This document shows positions 58,394 to 64,000 of a stretch of 64,000 nucleotides of DNA, piece by piece; within the stretch, counting starts at the first letter, position 1, and the number at the start of each line of letters is the position of its first letter. A model generated the notes under the pieces. It did no database searches. It was not told the origin of the DNA and saw nothing but the letters and a program-made list of their open reading frames with translations. This DNA comes from an uncultured Actinomycetota bacterium (GTDB lineage Bacteria; Actinomycetota; Thermoleophilia; Solirubrobacterales; Solirubrobacteraceae). The stretch covers positions 1,928,503-1,992,502 of the forward strand of contig CAWBNT010000001.1 of NCBI GenBank assembly GCA_963790265.1. The letters are read 5' to 3'. Made by a program: the position numbers and the translations under genes.

Positions 58394-59137
58394 TCAGTCG
58401 CCGCAGGGCCCTCCGCTGGCCCTCGCTTCGCCGGCGCGCAGCAGCCGGTCACGCAGGTCCGACTGCTCCTCGGGGCTCGGATCCCACTGCGCGATATCGG
58501 GCAGCTCCTTGATCGACGCAGGCCGAAGAGCTTCAGGAACATCGTCGTAGTGCGGTAGAGGGCGGCGCCGAACTGCGAGCGGCCGGCCTCTTCGATCAAG
58601 CCGCGCTCGAGCAGAGCGGCGGCCGCGGAGTCGGCGCTCACGCCTCTGATGCGCCCGATCTCGGGCGCTGGATATCGGCTGCAGGTAGGCGACGATCGCA
58701 AGGGTCTCGGTCTGTGCGGGCGTGAGCGTCGCGACCCGCGGGCGGCTGAAAAGCCTGCGCGCCGCATCCTCGGCCTCCGGAGCGGAGGCGAGCAGGTAGC
58801 CGCCGCCGATCTGGCGCAACTGCAGCCCGCGCCGCCCCGGCTCCAGCTGCTCCTCCAGCACCGGATCGCCTGCGCGATCTGCTGCTCGCCGCCTGCGCGG
58901 CCTCGGCCAGGTCAGCCAGGCTGACCGGGTCGCTGGAGAGGAACAGCAGCGCCTCGACGACGCGCGCGAGGGAGAGCAGGTTGTGCTCGCGGCCGGGGGC
59001 TGCGGCTCGGCGGCCTGCGTGTCAGGATGCTCACGCTCTGGCTCGATGGGCCGATCGGCCTCCTCGGCGGGCGGCTCCACATCCGGCTCCTGCTCTGCTT
59101 CGAGATCCTGCACGATCGCGGCCTCCTGCCCGCTCAC
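58394..59137 (-). CDS. scpB: SMC-ScpAB complex subunit ScpB (apparent frameshifts)
   Basis: VEALLF, LTPAQTETLAIVAYLQP, IRGVSAD, YRTT.MFLKLFGL. Confidence 0.88.
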   Translation of the reverse strand: MSGQEAAIVQDLEAEQEPDVEPPAEEADRPIEPEREHPDTQAAEPQPPAASTTCSPSRASSRRCCSSPATRSAWLTWPRPRRRRAADRAGDPVLEEQLEPGRRGLQLRQIGGGYLLASAPEAEDAARRLFSRPRVATLTPAQTETLAIVAYLQPISSARDRAHQRRERRLRGRRSARARLDRRGRPLAVRRRPLPHYDDVPEALRPASIKELPDIAQWDPSPEEQSDLRDRLLRAGEARASGGPCGD

Positions 59138-59898
59138 GCAGCAAGGCTCCCGGCTGCGGCGAGCCGCTGGCCCGGGGCGCAGGCAAGCACCGATATCTCG
59201 CCGAAGCTCTCGCTCTGCTCCCAGCTTGCCTCTCCGCGCTTGTAGAGCTCGAGTAGCGCGAACAGTGTCACGGCCACCGTGACGCGATCGGCGCCGGCCA
59301 CCGCCGCATCGAAGGAGAAGCGTCCGCGGCGAAGGAGTGCCCGCAGATGCGTAAGGCGCTCGGCCAGGCTCACCCTCTGGGTGCTCATGTGCCTGACGCT
59401 GATCGCAGGCGGCATGCGCAGCAGGGCGCCGAGCGCTTCGCCGAGCGCCTGTGGGCTCTCGGTGCCGTCGGTCGGATCCAGGATGCCGCGGCGCAGGTGT
59501 GCCGGCAGCGGCGCGGCGCGGTAGCGAAAGCCCCGCTCGGCCTCCAGCAGCGCCTTCAGGTGCCCCGCTGCGCCGCGATAGCGGTGGGCCTGGAGCATCC
59601 TCGAAAGCAGCTCCTCGGCGGCCTGCTCGGGCTCGATGTCAAGCAGCTCCTCGGCGTCTTCTCCGGCGATCAGCAGCCGCGACTTCAGCTCCAGCAGCGC
59701 GGCGATCAGCACGATGAACTCGGTCGCGGACTCGAGGTCGAGCTCGCCCCTCGCTTCGAGGTGGTCGAGGTAGGCGAGCACGACCTCTGCGATCTGCAGC
59801 TCCATCAGGTCGACCTCCTCGCGCAGCACGAGCGTGAGCAGCAGGTCGAACGGGCCGCTGAAGACCTCGAGATCCAACTCCAGGGTGGCGATGCTCAT
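59134..59898 (-). CDS. scpA: Segregation and condensation protein A
   Basis: LEVFSGPFDLLL, EFIVLIAALLELKSRLL, TLFALLEL, Q.ESFGEI. Confidence 0.93.
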   Translation of the reverse strand: MSIATLELDLEVFSGPFDLLLTLVLREEVDLMELQIAEVVLAYLDHLEARGELDLESATEFIVLIAALLELKSRLLIAGEDAEELLDIEPEQAAEELLSRMLQAHRYRGAAGHLKALLEAERGFRYRAAPLPAHLRRGILDPTDGTESPQALGEALGALLRMPPAISVRHMSTQRVSLAERLTHLRALLRRGRFSFDAAVAGADRVTVAVTLFALLELYKRGEASWEQSESFGEISVLACAPGQRLAAAGSLAA

Positions 59899-59902
59899 CG
59901 CG

Positions 59903-60928
59903 TCACGGTAGCGAGCGCTCCCGACGGCGCGCCCCGGGGGCCCCGACCCCCATGCACTCGCGCACGTCGGCGAGCGTCTGGCCCGCAAGCTCGCTCGCTC
60001 TGCCGGCACCCTGCTGCAGGATCGCCTCCAGCGCCGGCTCGTCGGCGCGCAGCTGCCCGTAGCGCTCGCGCACGGGCGCGAGCATCTCGCTCACCGCCTC
60101 CGCGGTCGCGGCCTTCAGGTCGCCGTAGCCACGCGCGTCGGCCATCTGCGCCTCGACCTGCTCGGGGCTGATCTGCTTGGCGACCGCGAGGATCTCGATC
60201 AGGTTCGAGACGCCTGGTTTCTCGGGCGAGCGCACGATCTCGGCGCCGGAATCGGTGACCGCCCGGCGCAGCTTCTTCGCGATCGCCTCGGGCTCGTCGA
60301 GCACGTAGACGGTGCCCTCGACCGAGCCGCTGGTCGTGGACATCTTGCGCGTGGGGTCCTGCAGGTCCATGATCCGCGCGCCAACCTCGGGAATTCGGTG
60401 CTCGGGCACGACGAGCACCTCCCGGCCGCCGCCGAAACGCTGGTTGAAGCGCCGGGCGACGTCGCGCATCAGCTCCAGGTGCTCGCGCTGATCCTCTCCG
60501 ACGGGGACCTCGTGCGCCCGGTAGGCGAGCACGTCGGCGGCCTGCAGCACCGGGTAGACGAGCAGTCCGGCCGAGACCAGCTCGCGTTGGGCCAGCGACT
60601 TGTCCCTGAACTGGTGCATGCGCTGCAGGCGCCCAAGCTCCGTGAGGCTGCAGAGCAGCCAGCACAGTTCGGTGTGCTCGGGGACGTCGCTCTGGCGAAA
60701 GAGGATGCAGCGGCCGGGATCGAGACCCGCCGCGATCAGCAGCGCGGTGAGGTCGTAGAGGCTGCTTCGCAGCTCGGCGGGGTCGTAGGAGACGGTGATC
60801 GCGTGCAGGTCGACGATGCAGTAGAGCGCGTCCCCGCGCTCCTGGCCCGCGACGTACTGCCGGATCGCGCCGATGTAGTTGCCGAGGTGCTTGGTGCCGG
60901 TCGGCTGGATGCCCGAGAAGATGCGCAT
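59903..60928 (-). CDS. trpS: Tryptophan--tRNA ligase
   Basis: FSGIQPTG.KHLGNYIGA, YPVLQAAD, VPVGEDQ, KMST. Confidence 0.97.
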   Translation of the reverse strand: MRIFSGIQPTGTKHLGNYIGAIRQYVAGQERGDALYCIVDLHAITVSYDPAELRSSLYDLTALLIAAGLDPGRCILFRQSDVPEHTELCWLLCSLTELGRLQRMHQFRDKSLAQRELVSAGLLVYPVLQAADVLAYRAHEVPVGEDQREHLELMRDVARRFNQRFGGGREVLVVPEHRIPEVGARIMDLQDPTRKMSTTSGSVEGTVYVLDEPEAIAKKLRRAVTDSGAEIVRSPEKPGVSNLIEILAVAKQISPEQVEAQMADARGYGDLKAATAEAVSEMLAPVRERYGQLRADEPALEAILQQGAGRASELAGQTLADVRECMGVGAPGARRRERSLP

Positions 60929-61067
60929 CGCCGCAGGCTAACGGAGCGCCGAGGTCGCGGGCGCGGCCTCAGGCAAGGCGAGCGATCTGATAGGATCAGG
61001 ATGCTAGTATTCAGATACTGGCCATGCGGCCAATTTGCGTCCGATCCAATTGAATCCAGGTGATCGC

Positions 61068-62511
61068 ATGAGCGCAACCGAGGAGATCCAGAAGGCAGCG
61101 ACAACCGAGCAGGTGACCACGCGAGTGGAGCCATCTGCCGCGGGCCCCGCTCCGCAGGACGGCGCCCCGATCGCCCTTCCACCCGCGGTGCGGCTTCCGC
61201 GGGCCATGCAGCAGCTGCGCTTCAGCATGCGCCAGGCCTCCTTCTTCCTGCGCTCCTCCGGCAGACTGGGCCAGACCTTCCGGATGAGAGGCGTGCTGGA
61301 CGACGACTGGGTGACCGTCACCAGCCACCCCGACCACGTCCGCTCGCTGTTCACGGCAGACCCGGAGCTTGCGCCTTCGCTGACAGGCGAGTCGCCGCTG
61401 CGGCCGATCGTCGGCCCCAACTCGGTACTCACGCTGCTTGGTCCCAAGCACATGCGCCAGCGCAAGCTGCTGCTGCCGCCCTTCCACGGCGAGGCGATCG
61501 AGCGCTATACCCAGATGATCGAACAGGCCGCGCTGCGCGAGATCGACAGCTGGCCGATCGGCGAGGCGTTCGCTCTGGGCCCGCGGATGCAGTCCGTGAC
61601 CCTCGAGGTGATCATGAGCGGCATCTTCGGCGTGGAGGGCCTGCCGCCCAAGGGCACCCTGGAGCGCGAGCTGCGGGACGAGATCCACAGCATCGTGGCT
61701 CTCTCCACCCGGCCCTTCGCGATCCTCGCCGAGATGGTGCTGCTGAGCCGCGAGCATCCCGGCAACGTCGTCAGCGGCGTGATGAAGCGCGTCGACGAGT
61801 TGCTCTACGCCCTGATCGGCGAGCGGCGAGAGACGGCCAATGCCCACGGCGAGCGCACCGACATCCTCTCGCTGCTGCTTGCCGCCGCCGACGAGGACGG
61901 AGTGCCGATGAGCGACGAAGAATTGCGCGACGAGCTCATCACGCTCGTGCTCGCGGGCCACGAGACGACCGCCAACTCGCTGGCCTGGGGCTTCGAGCGC
62001 CTGCTGCGAAACCGCGGCCGCCTACGACCGCCTGCGAGAGCTCGTCCGAGCCACCGCGCCGGATGCGAGCATCGAGGCCGACGCCTACATCGAGGCCACG
62101 ATCCACGAGACGATGCGCGTGCGTCCGGTCGTCCCCTCGATCGGACGCCGCGTGAGCGTGCCCTGGCAGCTCGGCCGCTTCAGGGTGCCGGCGGGATCAC
62201 CGGTCGTGATGAGCATCGTGCTGCTGCACCACCGTGAGGACGTCTATCCGCGTCCCTTCGCCTTCGAGCCGGAGCGCTTCCTTGGCGTCAAGCCCGGCAC
62301 CTACACCTGGATCCCCTTCGGCGGCGGGATCAGGCGTTGCCTCGGCGCGACGCTCGCGATGACAGAGCAGCGGGTGGTAATGCGGGCGATCGCCGCCCGC
62401 ATCGACATGCGCGCCCCCGACCCCGCACCCGAGCGGCTGCGCCATCGCAACGTCACGATGGTGCCGGCGCAGGGCACTCGCGTCGTGGTCGATCGGCGCC
62501 TGCCGGCTTGA
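61068..62511 (+). CDS. Cytochrome P450 (one apparent frameshift near 62010)
   Basis: HMRQRKLLLPPFH, LAGHETT, ETMR, PERF, PFGGGIRRCLG. Confidence 0.92.
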
Positions 62512-62556
62512 GATACGCTGGATAGTTGATGCAGGTGATGCGCTAGGATGCGCATC

Positions 62557-62811
62557 ATGCGCACCACCATTGCCGTCGATGATCATCTCCTGGCAGCCGC
62601 CCGACGCCTGGCCAAGGAGCGGGACCAGACGCTCGGCCAGGTGATCGAGGACGCGCTGCGGCACGAGATCGCAGATGCACCCAGCGCGGAGCACGTCGAG
62701 GTGCCCGTCTTCCGGGGCCAGGGCGGCCCCCGTCCTGGCATCGACCTGCGCTCCAACCGCGCGATTCGCGAGGCGCTCGACGAGAGCGCGCCGATCCACG
62801 CACTGCGTTGA
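62557..62811 (+). CDS. vapB: VapB-type antitoxin (RHH)
   Basis: [29 protein letters not shown]; overlaps vapC. Confidence 0.88.
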   Translation: MRTTIAVDDHLLAAARRLAKERDQTLGQVIEDALRHEIADAPSAEHVEVPVFRGQGGPRPGIDLRSNRAIREALDESAPIHALR

Positions 62812-63239
62812 GGCTGCTCGACGTCAACATGGTGCTCGCCGCGCACCGCGATGACCACCCCGACTTCGATCTCGCCAGACCCTGGCTCGATCGAACGCTG
62901 GCAGAGCGCGAGCCCTTCGCGGTGATCGACCTCGTCGCGGGGGCGTTCCTGCGACTCGCGACCAACCGGCGCATCTTCACGGTCCCCACTCCGACATCAG
63001 ACGCGTTCGCGTATCTGGGGGCGCTGCGCCGCCAGCCCACTCACGTCAAGCTCGCGCCGGGCGCACAGCACCTCGAGCTCCTGGAGAAGCTCTGCCTGGA
63101 GGCAGACGCATCCGGAGACCTGATCCCAGACGCGCAGCTGGCCGCCATCGCGATCGAGCACGCATGCGAGCTCGTGTCCTTCGATCGTGACTTCGCGCGC
63201 TTTGCCTCGCTGCGCTGGACCCGGCCCGAGCGGGGCTGA
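62808..63239 (+). CDS. vapC: VapC PIN-domain toxin
   Basis: [30 protein letters not shown]. Confidence 0.93.
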   Translation: MRLLDVNMVLAAHRDDHPDFDLARPWLDRTLAEREPFAVIDLVAGAFLRLATNRRIFTVPTPTSDAFAYLGALRRQPTHVKLAPGAQHLELLEKLCLEADASGDLIPDAQLAAIAIEHACELVSFDRDFARFASLRWTRPERG

Positions 63240-63249
63240 CTCACGGCTC

Positions 63250-64000
63250 CTACATCGCCTGCCTGATCACCGGCCGCTTGGCCGCCGCGACCTCGTCCAG
63301 GCGCCGCACGGGCGTGCTGTGAGGCGCCGTCCTTGCGATCTCCGGGTCCTGCGCGGCCTCGGCGAGGATCTCGGCGATCGCCTGCGCGAACTCGTCGAGG
63401 GTCTCCCTGGTCTCGGTCTCGGTCGGCTCGACCATCAGCGCCTCGGGCACCAGCAGCGGGAAGTAGACGGTCGGCGGGTGGAAGCCGTGGTCGAGCAGCC
63501 GCTTTGCGAGGTCGAGCGTCTTGATCTGCATCTCGCGCTTCATCGGCTCCCCGCAGAGCACGAACTCGTGCATGCACAACTCGCCGTAGGCGAGCGGCAG
63601 GTGCTCTGCGACGCCGAGCGCGCGCAGCCGTGCGAGCAGGTAGTTGGCGTTGATCACGGCGGCCTCAGAAGCGTCCCGCAGGCCGTCGGCGCCCAGCGAG
63701 CGGATGTAGGCGTAGGCGCGCACGAAGCAGCCGTAGTTGCCCTGGAAGCCGCGCAGGCGGCCGATCGACTTCGGGCGATCCTCGTCGAGTTGCAGCAGCG
63801 GCTCGCCGTCACGCTCCTCGACGGCGCGCTCTGCGATCACCGGCACCGGCAGGTAGGGCTCGATCCGCTCGGAGACCGCGATCGGCCCCGAGCCGGGGCC
63901 GCCGCCGCCGTGCGGCTGGGTGAAGGACTTGTGCAGGTTGAAGTGCACGATGTCAAAGCCCATGTCCCCGGGCCGCGAGAAGCCCATGATCGCGTTCAGA
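63250..64000 (-). CDS. gcvPB: Glycine dehydrogenase subunit 2 (5' part outside the window)
   Basis: HFNLHKSFTQPHGGGGPG, CMHEFV, GFHPPTVYFPL, MVEPTETE. Confidence 0.95.
   Translation of the reverse strand, partial: LNAIMGFSRPGDMGFDIVHFNLHKSFTQPHGGGGPGSGPIAVSERIEPYLPVPVIAERAVEERDGEPLLQLDEDRPKSIGRLRGFQGNYGCFVRAYAYIRSLGADGLRDASEAAVINANYLLARLRALGVAEHLPLAYGELCMHEFVLCGEPMKREMQIKTLDLAKRLLDHGFHPPTVYFPLLVPEALMVEPTETETRETLDEFAQAIAEILAEAAQDPEIARTAPHSTPVRRLDEVAAAKRPVIRQAM

Noticed and set aside
11918-60665. Many long antisense or alternative-frame ORFs in the track (e.g. 43841-47176 +, 34363-36087 +, 21678-23201 +)
   Set aside because: Shadow ORFs typical of high-GC DNA, lying opposite clearly identified genes.
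60929-61000. T-box upstream of trpS
   Set aside because: No T-box consensus; a TAGCCT box 6 nt before the ATG suggests a leaderless transcript.
43314-62511. Frameshifts in fmt, hisC, rluB, rlmN, scpB and the P450, read as pseudogenes or programmed frameshifting
   Set aside because: They are single-base indels without in-frame stops, they hit conserved core genes, and they often fall in short runs or repeats. Long-read consensus errors are the simpler explanation; read-level polishing would confirm.
1-64000. tRNA, rRNA, CRISPR arrays, prophage genes
   Set aside because: None recognised in the window.

Overview
High-GC actinobacterial chromosome segment. The gene content (plsX-acpP-rnc-smc-ftsY, DAK2-recG, aroH, scpAB, many apparently leaderless genes) suggests Thermoleophilia/Solirubrobacterales; this taxonomy is inferred. 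From about 11.7 kb onward the window is mostly core housekeeping genes on the minus strand: translation/SRP, SMC, riboflavin, def-fmt-rsmB, priA-metK-der, aromatic amino acid synthesis, scpAB, trpS and gcvPB. A few genes are inserted on the plus strand: two secreted glycosidases, a membrane-anchored hypothetical, rlmN, a P450 and vapBC. The first 11.7 kb is accessory: a secreted RHS/YD protein running off the left edge, a DsbA-like protein, yraN, a HicA/HicB-like pair, and a 6.7-kb IS481-bounded composite element with a CCTAGC target duplication. That element carries a cyclase-STAND-LuxR regulator and a flavin oxidoreductase, which share a 24-bp promoter motif. Most notable unannotated signals: (1) a Phe/Tyr/Trp-rich leader peptide with mutually exclusive stems upstream of aroF-tyrA-aroA; (2) the composite IS481 element and its regulator/operator cassette; (3) a 6S-like RNA, rather than a canonical FMN riboswitch, ahead of ribD; (4) an extreme strand-composition skew that flips inside the RHS gene. 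Several core genes carry indels that look like long-read assembly errors.
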